NCBI GenBank assembly: GCA_038087875.1
Contig: CM075977.1
Location: 20,026,001-20,090,000 of the forward strand
Length of the DNA stretch: 64,000 nucleotides
From: Malacoraja senta
Lineage: Eukaryota
Reading direction: 5' to 3'
Of this stretch, positions 38,361 to 52,189 are shown in pieces. The notes under the pieces are model-generated. The model had not been told where the DNA came from. It searched no databases and saw only the letters and a program-made list of their open reading frames with translations. A program made the position numbers and the translations under genes. How positions within the stretch are numbered: position 1 is the stretch's first letter; every line of letters begins with the position of its first letter.

Positions 38361-41300
38361 CAAGATGGCGGCGCCCGCGGTGATGCTTGCGTGAGTCCCG
38401 GGGACAAACGCAAGCATCACTGCGAGGCGACATAACAGCCCAGCCAGGGTCGCCACTGCCCCCAGCCCATCATTCCAGCCACAGCCACGGATCACCTCGA
38501 TGGGAGAGATCAGGCAGCTGCTGCACACCCTTTGTTCCCACCTCCTATGGTAACAAAGGATACAAATATATAAACAGTCCCTTCCGAGTGACTGATAAAA
38601 ACAGCATATGATTGCACTGAATTAGTACTGTTGATATTGTTGATATGTTTGCACTGAATTAGTACTGTTGATATTGTTGATATTGCTATTAATACTGTTG
38701 ATATTGCTATTATTAATATAGTTATTATTACTAGGTGGCAGTACGAGTCTGCCTTACCATAGCATACAAAACTTTACCTAACATTCCCCAATTATGGAAA
38801 AAAAAAACTAGTGCTTTCGCACCTGTCCCGCAAAATAGGTTTTATTTAAACTAAAAATGAAAAGAATATAAATAGAAAATAAATGAGTTCATTTCATATA
38901 GGATGTTGGAATATCCAGGGTCTCTACTCTTCAACCTTCGGGATGAAGACTGGGAACCCTGAGTTCCTAAAGTCTATAGAAGACACTGATATAATGATAT
39001 TAACGGAAACATGGTACCGAAAGGATACGTTCATTCACTGCCCCTCAGGGTACCATGAAGTCATGGTGCCCTCAGTAAAAACTACTGATATACGTAAGGG
39101 CAGAACCTCTGGGGGGGTCTTGGTGTGGTACAAAGAAGAACTAGACAGTCACATTACATCAATAAAACAGGGGAAATCACATATATGGTTGAAACTAGAT
39201 AAAACAATTGGAATAACTGGAAAAGATATATATCTATGTGCCGCCTACATACCCCCAATAGAATCGCCATATTTTGAAGAGGATATATTTGAAACTCTCC
39301 ACATGGAAATCAATCATTTCCAGGCCCAGGGAAATGTGCTACTATGTGGAGACCTGAATGCAAGGACCGGATGTGAACCCGATTCCATAGACCCACAGGG
39401 CAACAACCATGTGTTCGGTCAAACCCCCTTGTATGTCACACCAACTATCATTAACCGGAACAACCTGGACTGTGAAATAAATAAAAGTGGTAGAGAGGTA
39501 GTGCATCTCTGCCGAGCCTTGGGCCTGTTCATAGTTAATGGTAGGCTCAGAGGGGACTCGATGGGAAGGTTTACATATTCCTCAGCTCTTGTGTCTAGCG
39601 TGGTAGACTACGCAATTACTGACATAGACCCCTGCACTATCAGTGCATTCACTGTTAGGCAGCAGTCCCCTCTTTCAGACCATAGTCAAATCAATGCGTA
39701 CCTAAAATTTCCTCTTCAAACTAAAGATGTAAAAAAGGAACCAAGTAAGCTGTATGAACTAAATCAGACTTACAGATGGGCTTCAGATAGCGGAGATAAA
39801 TTCATCGTGGCCCTGAATTCACCTGATCTCACAAATAAAATATTGAAATACAAGACTAACCCATATGAGACTACTAGAGATGGTGTAAACATGGCTATAA
39901 AGGACATTAATATGACCTTTCACAAGGCAACTATCAAATCTGACCTTGTGAAACAGAAGAGAAAAATTAACAAAAAAAACAACCATGAAAAATGGTTCGA
40001 CCACGAGTGTAAAAATGTCAGAAAAGATCTGAGGAAAATATCGAACCAAAAACACCGTCAACCAAACAATCCAGACTTACGCATTAGATATAATGAAACT
40101 CTTAAAAGGTATAAACACACGATTAGGAACAAAAGACAAAATCACACTCACAAAAGACTTGAAGAAATTGAAAATTCCATAAATCAAAACCAATTTTGGG
40201 ATATGTGGAATAACCTGAGCACAACAAAACTACAAACATTACCAATTCAAGACGGTGATATCTGGAGAGCACACTTCAAAAATCTATATAAAGATATCCC
40301 AATAAATAAAATAAACTCAAATCATTCTCATATCAAAGAAAAACTCCAAACACTAGAAATAGTAATTAAAGATTATCAAAACCCCCTTGATTTCCCAATT
40401 ACTTTGGAAGAACTGACATTAAAAATAAAATCTCTTCACTTAAAGAAAGCCTGTGGTCCAGATAGCATTAAAAATGAAATGCTCAAGTACAGCACTCCGG
40501 AGATGCAGGACATAGTGCTTAGGCTGTTCAACATCATACTACGTTCAGGTTATTTCCCTGATATTTTGTGCCAAGGGCTTATTTCACCCATTTATAAGAG
40601 TGGAAACAAACTAGACCCAAATAATTATCGCGGCATCTGTGTCAGTAGCTGCCTAGGGAAGTTATTCTGCAGTATCATAAATAACAGAATGCAGGATTTC
40701 CTTAACAAACACAATATTCTCAGTAAAAACCAAATTGGCTTCCTCCCAAAACATCGTACCACTGAGCACATTTACACCCTCCACACTCTCATTGAAAAAC
40801 ATGTACACCAAGCAAAAAATGGAAAAATATTTGCCTGTTTTATTGACTTTGAGAAAGCATTTGACTCTATTTGGCATGAAGGGCTCTATTACAAACTCCT
40901 CTGTTGTGGTATAGGAGGAAAGGTATATGACCTTATCAAATCAATGTATCTGAATAATAAATGCGGTGTTAAAATTGGGGACAAACGCACTGATCTCTTC
41001 ACCCAGAGAAGAGGCGTCCGGCAAGGCTGCAATCTGAGCCCGACACTGTTTAATTTATATATCAACGATTTGGCAATAAAGCTGGACCAGAGCACTGCGC
41101 CGGGCCTCTGTCTTCTGGACGGAGAGGTAAAATCTCTGTTTTATGCGGATGACTTGGTTCTGCTGTCCCCCACAGAACAGGAACTGCAGCAACAGTTGGA
41201 CCTACTTGATGAGTACTGCCAAAATTGGGCCCTGGCAGTAAATCTAAAGAAAACCAACATCATGATTTTTCAGAAAAAACCCAGATGTCAGGAAGATAAA

Positions 41301-42724
41301 TAGAAATTTACTCTCAATGGTATTATTATCGAACACACTATGAGCTATACTTACCTTGGTCTAACTGTTGCAGCATCAGAGAGCTTCAATATGGCAGTGA
41401 ATGCACTAAAAGAGAAAGCTCGAAGAGCTCTCTACGCAATAAAAAGAAGATTCTACAACATCCAAATTCCAATTAAAATCAGGCTTAAAATATTTGACAG
41501 TGTAATCCAGCCTATTGCGCTTTATGGTAGTGAAGTATGGGGGGCCGCTCAGTCACCATAGTTATAGTAAATGGGAAAAACATACAACGGAGGCCCTGCA
41601 TGCGGAATTTTGTCGGAACATCCTCCGCATCCAAAGGNNNNNNNNNNNNNNNNNNNNNNNNNNNNNNNNNNNNNNNNNNNNNNNNNNNNNNNNNNNNNNN
41701 NNNNNNNNNNNNNNNNNNNNNNNNNNNNNNNNNNNNNNNNNNNNNNNNNNNNNNNNNNNNNNNNNNNNNNNNNNNNNNNNNNNNNNNNNNNNNNNNNNNN
41801 NNNNNNNNNNNNNNNNNNNNNNNNNNNNNNNNNNNNNAAGCCCTTAAAACACAAGAGGGGAGCCCAGAAAAGTGTTCCCTGTGTCAGTTGGTACTGAGAC
41901 TAACTACCCCCATTCAGTTAAACCCTATCCAGTTAAATCCTGACCAGTCTCAGATCAATACTGATCCCCAATCACCAGTTAGAGTGAACCAAATTATCAA
42001 ACAATGTAAAGAAACATATTTGGAACATTGGGATAAAGAAACCAAAAGCCAAAGCAGATTAGAATGCTACCGTGCCCTAAAAAGAGATTATAAATTGGCA
42101 GACTATCTCTCAACTGTTAGAGACATGAAACAAAGGCAGACCCTCACCAAATACAGGTTAAGTGACCACTATTTGGCAGTTGAAAAAGGAAGACAGAAGA
42201 GATTCTGGCAACCAAGAGAAAACAGAATATGCGGCCACTGTTTGACAGATGAGGTTGAAACAGAGGTGCACTTTCTCCTAAAATGCAAAAAATTTGACAA
42301 AACAAGGAAAACATACTTTGACAAACTCAGTCAGTCAACCCCTGATTTTAAAGAACTAGATGATACATCAAAACTAAGAATAATCCTTGGTGAAGGAAAT
42401 GCGGCACATCTTGGTGCACAATACGTAACAGCATGCCATAACCTGAGAGACGGTGAATGCCCAATATGCACATATGTACGCACACACTAATTGACATTAA
42501 CTGACACTAAGAAATTAATATTGAATTGCTAAACTTGCTATCCTGTTGTACTGCTTACAGCTGCAAGAACGTGTAGAAATCAATAAAGGGCTATAGGCCT
42601 CTTGCGAGTTTATGTACAGGGACATATCTATCTATGCATTGTATACTTGTATTTATACTTATGCATTTTAAATATGTATGTCATGTTTTATACTTTGGCA
42701 ATATAACAATGTATTTTTTATCAT
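38361..42724 (+). mobile_element. RTEX (RTE-X)-type LINE, ORF1 mostly deleted, ORF2 nearly intact
   Basis: ORF1 C-terminal remnant ending EIRQLLHTLCSHLLW* (38404-38553); ORF2 from 38883; 3' UTR runs into a gap. Confidence 0.8.
38883..42490 (+). pseudogene. RTEX ORF2: APE endonuclease, RT and C-terminal CCHC finger
   Basis: WNIQGL, LTETW, GDLNAR, SDH; NYRGI, QIGF, FIDFEKAFD, GVRQGC, FYADD; RLSDHYLAVEKGR..C..C..E.HFLL.C; premature TAG at 41301 and a frameshift near the G run at ~41540. Confidence 0.92.
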
Positions 42725-43827
42725 NNNNNNNNNNNNNNNNNNNNNNNNNNNNNNNNNNNNNNNNNNNNNNNNNNNNNNNNNNNNNNNNNNNNNNNNNNNN
42801 NNNNNNNNNNNNNNNNNNNNNNNNNNNNNNNNNNNNNNNNNNNNNNNNNNNNNNNNNNNNNNNNNNNNNNNNNNNNNNNNNNNNNNNNNNNNNNNNNNNN
42901 NNNNNNNNNNNNNNNNNNNNNNNNNNNNNNNNNNNNNNNNNNNNNNNNNNNNNNNNNNNNNNNNNNNNNNCTATGGCCGGCGACTACTATCCCCCATCAA
43001 ATCTGAAATCAGACCTTCCATTACCAAACCACTCTCTCTCCAATCTCCCATCAAGCCCAATTTATTTCTGGTTGACTTATTTACTTTAGTTTGTTCCACA
43101 GCACATAAAAGAATATATGTAGCATGGGTCAAGTCGCACCATGGAGCAGGGGTCTGAGGTGCCCCTGAAGTCTGCTGTGTGGAGAGGAACCTAGGGCAAG
43201 ATCCAACTCATCTATTTCCAGTCATCGGTGTGCTGTGCAATGACATATTGAATGCCTTTTAGGGAACACACTAAATATTTAGGCCATTATTTGTACAACA
43301 TTCCAATGATATCCCAGTTTCAATTTGTGTCAATAGGCTCCTTTGTGGTTAGTGTTGTGCTTTATTACAACAAAGAAAGTAAAATTATATTACCCAGGAC
43401 AGTTATAACCTAATTACTTCGGTCACTATCTGACAGCAACTATGTGGAGTGAAATACAATTCATTTGAACTGTTGAAATTTATTCATGTCCATAAGTCAA
43501 ACATAAAAATGTTTGCAGTTATGTTGCCAATCAGGTCCCTATACACATGATCATACAGTAATGCATTAATTGAGTTGTTTTCAGATACGCTGTGAATGCA
43601 GCAGAAGATAGTTTCTAAGAACAAATGAAGTTCTTGCCATAAATCCCCCGGTTTGATTTGCAATACTTTTAGAGTCTGGAACAGGTGATATAATCATGAC
43701 AAATGGAGTATTTGGAATGTTGGAAGATTATTTGTAGTATTGTGTTCAGTTCTGATCACCCCATTGCAGGAAGGATGTGGAAGCTTTGGTGAAGTTGCAG
43801 AAGAGGTTTACCAGAAGCTGCCTGAAT

Positions 43828-43996
43828 CAGAGTCATTCATCAACACCATTACTGATTTCATCACTTCCGACTCTCTGCCCTCTAAAGTCTCCAACCTTAT
43901 CATTCCCCAGCCCCGCACGGCCCGATTTTATTTTCTCCCCAAAATCCACAAACAGAACTGTCCTGGCAGACGTATTGTTTCTGCTTGTTCATGTCC
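43828..43996 (+). pseudogene. Penelope reverse transcriptase N-terminal fragment
   Basis: PRTARFYFLPKIHKQNCPGRRIVSACSCP matches the PLE F-Y-x-L-P-K-I-H-K...R-P-I-V-S motif. Confidence 0.85.
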
Positions 43997-44510
43997 GCGC
44001 TGGTCGATGCTCCGACTTTGGCGACCTCGTCGTGAGATCCCAGGCTCCGCGGTGTTTAAAGCTCAGCGCCGCCCGCGGCTGGAAGCTCCGCAGACCGCTG
44101 ACCGCAGACCGCAGACCACAGACCGCAGCTCCGCGATGTTGGTGCCGGCTGTCACAGCACGCCGGAGCTTGCTGCACGGCGACCCGGGTTAGGCATCACC
44201 CGCTCCGCGATGGTGCTTCAGCACTGTGCCGCCGCCGAAGCTGAAGTCCTGGCCGGTCCCGGCAGGAAAACGCTGCTCCAGTCTGCCCGTAGGCCGCGAG
44301 GAAGGGGCAAAGATACGACTCGGAGAAAAGCCGCAACTCCAACCAGGTAGGTACTGAGAAAATAGTTTCCCCCTTCCCCCCCCCCCCATACCCCACATAA
44401 AAAGACTAAAAGACCTCCAAAACAAACACTTTCAACTAACTAAAAATAAAAAATAAAGGGTGAAAAGACTAACAGCTGCTGGCAGGGCAGCCATAATCGA
44501 CGGCGCCCCA
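43997..44510 (-). mobile_element. GC-rich non-coding element family, 5' part
   Basis: CpG-rich body, AGTTTCCCCC..CCCCACATAAAA..CTAAAAATAAA block shared with 34210-34300 and 46530-46620. Confidence 0.6.
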
Positions 44511-45274
44511 GATGGTGGGATGGATATTGCGTCATCATTGATAATACTTCCATCATAAAGTCAGAATCAAAAATGCCCATTGCTGGTTGAACAGTGTTCA
44601 ACACCACAGGAGAGGAAGAGATCCATGCCTCCATGCATCAAGATCTCAACAACATTTGGGCCACAAAATTATCAGGCAATGACCATTTCCAACACATGGG
44701 AGATTGGCCACATGATTAGCCACCAGCTTGTTAATGCTAATTCAGTGATATTACTGTCGCCTGGTATTTTCCAAAAATATCCTTCAGATTACCATTGAAA
44801 AGGATGAGCTACATAAATTCTGTGGCTAGGCGAGCAAGTCAGCTGTTTGGTTTCCTGTGGTGTTTGATTCATTTTCTTACACCTCAAAGCCTTTCCACAT
44901 CTGCAAAGATTGTCATAAATGGAAATGACCTACTCCCTACGTGCCTTGATGAATGTGGCTCCAGCAACACTTAAAAAGCTCAACATCACACAAGGAGGGG
45001 ATCCCATCCACCAACCAAAACATTTATTCCCTCTATCTGCAGTGCACAATGTGTGCTGTGTGTCTCTCTACAAAATACAGTACAGTCACTCAGGCTATTG
45101 CCGCTGCACAAGAACACCAAAACGTACACGTTCGCAAACCATCCTGATTTGGGAATATTTGAATGTTCATTCATCATTATTATGTTTAAACGTTGGAACA
45201 CTTTCTCCAATTGCATAATGGGTATATCTGAAGTATTCCTAAATGGGTATAACCTGAAGACCTGCAACACCATG

Positions 45275-45445
45275 TGTCACAGTGGCGTAACTGTTAGAGC
45301 TGCTGCCGTACCAGAGACTTGGGTTTGATCCCGACCTCAGGCGCTGTCTGTGTGGAGTTTGTACGTTCTCTCTGTGACCGTGTGAGTTTCCTCTTGGTGC
45401 TCCGGTTTCCTCCCACATCCCAAAGACGAGCAGGTTTGTAGGTTA
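45275..45445 (+). mobile_element. V-SINE 5' half (3' half at ~50628-50766)
   Basis: GGTTTGATCC B-box, GGTGCTCCGGTTTCCTCCCACATCCCAAAGAC V-core; continues after the CR1. Confidence 0.85.
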
Positions 45446-45899
45446 CAGTTTGTAGTTTGCATCTCCTCAAGGACCGAGTCAGGGAACTGGAGCAGCAGCT
45501 GGATGGCCTGTGGTCCATCTGGGATGACAAAAACTTCCTGGACAGGATCTACAGTCAGTTCGTCACTCCAAGAGTGCAGGAGGTGTGACGTGTAGGGCTG
45601 GAAAGAAAGGGGATGAAGCGAGTGCAGAAGACCTTGGTGGAAGTGCAGGTACCTTTTGAAAACAGATACACCCTCTTGGGTGCTGTCGGGTCTGATGACG
45701 CTTTCAGTCCAAGCGGCTGACAAGTCTGTGACTCGAATTCTAGCGCTGAGACTCGACCGGCGAGATCGACATCAATCAGAGCCATAGTGGTGGGTGACTC
45801 CATTTTCCGAGGTGCGGACAAGAGATTCTGTGGCGACAGGCGAGACTCGAGGAAGGTGTTTTTCCCTCCAGGGTCCAAGATGGACTGACTTAAAAAAAA

Positions 45900-46672
45900 A
45901 GTCAAAGTCAAAGTATCCTTTATTGTCATTCAGACTTTATAGTCTGAACAAAATTTCGTGCCTTGCAGTCATAACATAAAATAAAATAACAAAACACACA
46001 ATGAACACAGATTTATCATCCACCACAGTGAATCTGCCAGGCACCTCCTCACTGTGATGAAAGGCAAAAGTCTTAAAGTCATTGTCTCTTCCCTCCTTGT
46101 TCTCCCTTTGCGTTGAGGCGATCCAGGCTTCCGATGTTGTGACCCCGCCGGGTGATGGTAAGTCTCGCGGCCGAATCCGAGCTCTGCAAATGGGCCGGTT
46201 CACACTCCGCGGCCCGGGGCGGACAAAGCTGCCACCCTCCATTCCAGCAGACTAAGCTGTTGTTGTGGGAGCTCCGGAGAACAGGTCATCAACCTGGGAC
46301 CTGCGAGCTCCCGACATTGTCGTCCACTGGGCCCGCGGCCGAGCCTCCGAGGCTCCGGTCGGGTCGCCGCCGCTGCATCGCCACCACAACCCCGAAGTCG
46401 GCCAGCCCCGCGTTGGTAAGTACTGGCTCTGCCTCCGGAGCCTCGAGGTCGGTCCCAGTTGGAGGCCGCCAGCTCTGCTATTAGGCCTCAGCGCAGAAGA
46501 TTGCTTCCCCCCCGAAGGAAGAGACTAAAAACAAGTTTCTCCCACCCCCCCACACATACACAACTAAAATAAACTGAATAAACTAAAACAACAGGACAGA
46601 AAACAAAAAAAAAGAAAAGACAAACGCCCTGCAGGCGAGCCGCAGCTGCAGGGCAGCGCCGCCACTTCTGGG
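45900..46672 (-). mobile_element. GC-rich non-coding element family member, apparently complete
   Basis: (CTTTGA)n tail and AATAAA on minus strand at 45900-45925, hairpin CACAGTGA/TCACTGTG at 46025-46056, CpG-rich body. Confidence 0.75.
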
Positions 46673-47272
46673 TTATAACCATATAACCATATAACAATTA
46701 CAGCACGGAAACAGGCCATCTCAGCCCTTCTAGTCCGTGCCGAACACTTACTCTCACCTAGTCCCATCTACCTGCACTCAGACCATAACCCTCCATTCCT
46801 TTCCCGTCCATATACCTATCCAATTTATTTTTAAATGATAAAGTCGAACCTGCCTCCACCACTTCCACTGGAAGCTCATTCCACACAACTACCACTCTCT
46901 GAGTAAAGAAGTTCCCCCACATGTTACCCCTAAACTTTTGTCCCTTCATTCTCAAATCATGTCCTCTTGTTTGAATCTTCCTTACTCTCAATGGAAAAAG
47001 CTTATCCACGTCAACTCTGTCTATCCCTCTCATAATTTTAAAGACCTCTATCAAGTCCCCCCTTAACCTTCTGCGCTCCAAAGAATAAAGACCTATCTTG
47101 TTCAACCTTTCTCTGTAACTTAGTTGCTGAAACCCAGGCAACATTCTAGTAAATCTCCTCTGTACTCTCTCTATTTTGTTGACATCTTTCCTATAATTTG
47201 GCGACCAAAATTGTACACCATACTCCAGAATTGGCCTCACCAATGCCTTGTACAATTTTAACATTACATCCC
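46673..47272 (-). mobile_element. 5'-truncated young CR1, same subfamily as 17625-18950
   Basis: WDVMLKLYKALVRPILEYGVQFWSPNYRKD; (ATATGGTT)n tail. Confidence 0.94.
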
Positions 47273-50200
47273 AGATGAAGAACATCCTCGAGAGGGAAGG
47301 TGAGCAGCTGGAAGTAGTTGTGCATGTAGGCACAAATGACTTGGGTAAGAAGAGGAAGGAGGTTCTGCACCATGAGTACAGAGAACTAGGTTGGAGGCTG
47401 ATAAGCAGGACTTCTAGGATGGTTATCTCTGGGTTGCTTCCAGTACCTCGTGCTAGTGAGGGTAGGAACAGGGAGATAGGGGATCTGAATGTGGCTGAGG
47501 GGTTGGTGCAGGGGGCAGTGATTTAGATTTCTAGATCACTGGAATCTCTTCTGGGGCAGGAGTGACCTGTACAAAAGGGACGGTTGCACCTTAATATGAA
47601 GGGGACCGACATTCTGGCAGGCAGGTTTGCTGGTGCTACAAGGGTGGATTTAAACTAAACAGTGGGGGGGTCACAATGTGGATGCGTATGTGTGCAGTTA
47701 ACGGGAAAGAGAGTGTAGGAAAGGTCACGTTTAAACTAACAGGGCAGGGGGATGGGACCCAATGCAAGGAGACAGAGGGCCATAAAAGGAGGACAGAAGC
47801 AAAAGGTAGAAGGGAGTTAAGTAAAACTAACCTGAAAGCATTGTTCCTTAATGTGAGGAGCATTCGAAATAAGGTGGATAAATTGAATGTGCAGTTAGTA
47901 GTTAAGGTATATGATATAGTTGGAATTACGGAGACATGGCTCCAGGGTGACAAAGGCTGGGAGTTAAACATGCAGGGGTATTCGATATTCAGGAAGGATA
48001 GACAGAAAGGAAGAGGTGCGGTGGCATTGCTGGTTAAAGAGGAGATTAATGCAATAGCAATGAGAGACATTAGCTTGGATGCTGTAGAATTGGTATGGGT
48101 AGAACTGCAAAATAGCTAAGGGCAGAAAAAGCTGGTTGTAGTGGTATCCAGACCACCAAGCAGCGGTAGGGAGGTTAGGGATAACATCAAGCAGGAAATT
48201 AGGGATGCGTGTGGCAAAGGTACAGGGGTTATCATGGGTAACTTTAATCTACATATAGTATAGATTAGGCCAACCAAATTGGTAACAGTGCTGAGGAGGA
48301 GGATTTCCTGGAATGTATATGGAATGGGTTTTTAAACCAATATGTAGAGGAACCGACTAGAGGGCAGGCCATCCTAGACTGGATATTGTGTAATGAGGAA
48401 GGATTAGTTAGCGATCTTGTTGTGCAAGGCCCCTTGGGCAACAGTGACCATAATATGGTCGAATTCTGTATTAGGATGGAGAGCGACACGGTTAATTCAG
48501 AGACGAGGGTCCTGAACTTGAATAAAGCTGCAATAGACTGGCAAATTATACTTAAAGGGTTGACAGTGGAGATTCAATGGCGAAGATTAAAAAACTGCAT
48601 GGATGAGCTCCAGAAATTGTTCATCCTTGTCTGGCGAAAAAATAAAACTGGGAAGGCGGCGAAAAACTGGAAAACTGACGAGGGAAGTCAAGGATAGTGT
48701 TAAAGCCAAGGAAGAGGCATATAAATTGGCCAGAAGAAGCGGCAAACCAGAGGACTGGAGACATTTAGAACTCAACAGAGGACAAAGGGGTTAATTAAGA
48801 GGGGGAAAGAAGAGCATGAAAGAAAGCTTGCGGGAAATATAAAAGCTGACTGTAAACGTTTCTATAGGTATGTAAAAAGGAAAAGATTACTGAAGACGAA
48901 TGTAGGTCCCTTACAGTCAGAGACAAGTGAATTTATAACGGGAAACAAGGAAATGGCAGAACAGTTAAACGAGTACTTTGGTTCTGTCTTCACTAAGGAA
49001 GACACAAACAATCTCCCAGTAATGCTAGGGGACCAAGGATCTAGTGGGAGAGAGGAACTGAAGGGAATCCACATTAGTCAGAAAATGGTGTAAGTAAACT
49101 GTTGGGACTGAAGGCAGATAAATCCCCAGGGCCTGGTGGTCTGCATCCCAGAGAACTCAAGCAGGTGGCCCTAGAAATCGTGGCTGCAATGGTGATCATT
49201 TTCCAGTGTTCTCTCGAATCTGTTTCAGTTCCTGTGGACTGGAGGGTAGCCAATGTAACTACACTTTTTAAGAAAGGACGGAGAGAGAAAATGGGAGATT
49301 ATAGACCAGTTAGCCTTACATCGGTAGTGGGGAAGATGCTGGAGTCGATTATTAAAGATGTTATAGCAGCGCATTTGGAAAGCAGTGATGGGATCGGTCA
49401 ACTTCAGTATGGATTTATGAAGAGGAAATCATGCTTAACTAATCTTTTTACATTTTTGATGATGTAACAAGTAGAATGGATAAAGGAGAGCCAGTGGATG
49501 TGGTGTATCTGGACTTTCAAAAAGCCCCACACAAAAGATTAGTGTGCAAAATTAGAGCACATGGTATTGGGGGTAGGGTATTGACATGGATAGAGAACTG
49601 GTTGGCAGACAGGAAGCAAAGAGTAGGAATTAACGTGTCCTTTTCAGGATGGCAGGCAGTGACTAGTGCGATGCCATAAGGCTCGGTGCTGGGACCCCAG
49701 TTGTTTACAATATATATTAACGATTTAGACGAGGGAATTAAATGTAACATCTCTAAGTTTGCAGATGACACAAAGCTGGTTGGCAGTGTGAGCTGCGCGG
49801 AGGAAGCTATGAGGCTGCAGGGTGACTTAGATAGGTTGGGTGGGTGGGCAGAAGCATGGCAAATGCAGTAAAATGTGGATAAATGTGAGGTTATCCACTT
49901 TGGTGGCAAGAACAGGAAGGCAGATTATTATCTGAATGGTGTCAGATTAGGAGAAGGGGAGGTGCAACGGGACCTGGGTGTGCTTGTACATCAGTGACTG
50001 AAAGTAAGCATGCAGGCACAGCAGGCAGCGAAGAAAGCCAATGGCATGTTGGCCTTCATTGCGAGAGGATTTGAGTTTAGGAGCAAGATGGTCCTACTGC
50101 AATTGTACGGGGCCCTGGTGAGACCGCACCTGGAATATTGTGTGCAATTTTGGTCTCCTAATTTGAGGAAGGACATGATTGCGATTGAGCGAGTGCAACA

Positions 50201-50873
50201 TATGATGAAAGAATGGGTTGACTGGGGTTGTATTCAGTGGAATTTAGGATGAGAGGGGATCTTATAGAAACATATACAATTCTTAGAGGATTGGACAGGG
50301 TAGATGCAGGAACAATGTTCCCGATGTTGGGGGAGTCCAGAACCATGGGTCACAGTTTAAGATTAAGGGGTCGGAATAGGATGAGGAAAACGTTTTCACC
50401 CAGAGAGTTGTGAATCAATGGAATTCTCTGCCACAGAAGGCAGTGGAGGCCAATTCACTGGATGTTTTCAAGAGAGAGTTAGATTTAGCTCTTAGGGCTA
50501 ATGGAATCAAGGGATATGGAGAAAAAGCCAGAACGGGGTATTGATTTTGGATGAACAGCCATGATCATATTGAATGGGGATGCTGGATCGAAGGGCCGAA
50601 TAGCCTACTCCTGCACCTATTTTCTATGTTAATTAACCTCTGTAAGTTGCCCCTAATGTGCAGAGAATGGATGCATAGCACCGATGTGAAAGGGTAATTG
50701 ATGGTCCGTGTGGAAGCAGTTGGCAGAAGGGCCTGTTTCTATGCTACATTGACTAAGCTAGACTAAAGTCCCCTCACTACCAGCTTCTCATATGCAGATA
50801 GGGAAAGGAATACGTTTCTTGGAAAATGATTGTTAGGATCAGGATCAGTGACACTTCAAAGAGCCAAAGGTTC

Positions 50874-51422
50874 ATAGAAACATAGAAACATAGAAAATAG
50901 GTGCAGGAGGCCATTCGGCCCTTGCAATCATGGCTGATCATCCCCAATCAATAACCCGTGCCTGCTTTCTCCCCGTATCCCTTGACTCCACTAGCCCCTA
51001 GAGCTCTATCTAACTCTCTCTTAAATCCATCCAGTGATTTGGCCTCCACTGCCCTCTGTGGCAGGGAATTTCACAAATTCACAACTCTCTGGGTGAAAAC
51101 GTTTTTTTCTCACCTCAGTCTTAAATAGCCTCCCCTTTATTCTAAGACTGTGGCCCCTGGTTCTGGACTTGCCCAACATTGGGAACATTTTTCCTGCATC
51201 TAGCTTGTCCAGTCCTTTTATAATTTTATATGTTTCTATAAGATCCTCCCTCATCCTTCTAAACTCCAGTGAATACAAGCCTAGTCTTTTCAATCTTTCC
51301 TCATATGACAGTCCCGCATCCCAGGGATCAATCTCGTGAACCTACGCTGCACTGCCTCAATCACAAGGATGTCCTTCCTCAAATTAGGAGACCAAAACTG
51401 TACGCAATACTCCAGATGTGGT
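50874..51422 (-). mobile_element. 5'-truncated CR1
   Basis: RLGLYSLEFRRMREDLIETYKI; (TTTCTATG)n tail. Confidence 0.92.
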
Positions 51423-52189
51423 TCAGCAGGTCACCTGCTGCAGGTGGATCAGAAAGCAATGGAATAGCCTCAAGAAAATCACAGTATTATTTGACAGAGT
51501 CAACACAGTTTTATGAAGAGAAATCAAGGTTGACAAATCCCTCAGTGGTCTTTGAGTTTGTGGCCAACAGAACAGTTATGGGGAAACCAACAGATGTGTA
51601 CAGCTGGATTTTCTAAAGGCATCACAGAATAAATTGTTTCACAGGATTAAGACTCATGAGACAATGAGTGATATATTTGGATGGATTAAGGCTTGCTCAA
51701 AAACCAGAAAACAGAGGATGTATTAAATGTGTCATTATTAAAGAGGCTGGATGTAACACTGTGGTGTGCAAGGATCTGTTCTGTGGCCTCAGCTGTTTAT
51801 AATTCTTATCAATGGCTCAGATAAAGGATGATTCTAATATACCAGATCTTGAATATTTCAAAAACAAATGAATTTTTCTGTTTTTATTTTGTTCCAACGT
51901 TAGCAATTTTTCCAAACATTTTATTAATGTTTCGGAAAATTGGTTAATTTGCTTAGTAATAAAGCTCAATTAAAAGGTGCACCAACTTCCACTCTTTTAT
52001 ACTGCCTGAGAGCAGCATGCTAAATGTGATGAGCAATGTTGCAAGAGAGAAGGGATTGCACACTTCTGCATTCTCCTCACTAGCAAGTACAAAATTATGA
52101 ATTCAAAAGGGAAATAGGTGACTTGAGGATGGGAGATGAGCACGTGGAAACAGGGAAAGAACTTTCCCAGTCCCTCTCTTTACCATGCT

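Larger units (their letters stand above)
45446..50627 (+). mobile_element. Near full-length degenerate CR1 LINE (ORF1 esterase-like plus ORF2)
   Basis: AIVVGDSI and VVVHVGTND (SGNH-type ORF1), NVRSIRNK/GITETWL (APE), KSPGP, DYRPVSLTS, KFADD (RT), 3' UTR; split by inserts at 45900-47272. Confidence 0.92.
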
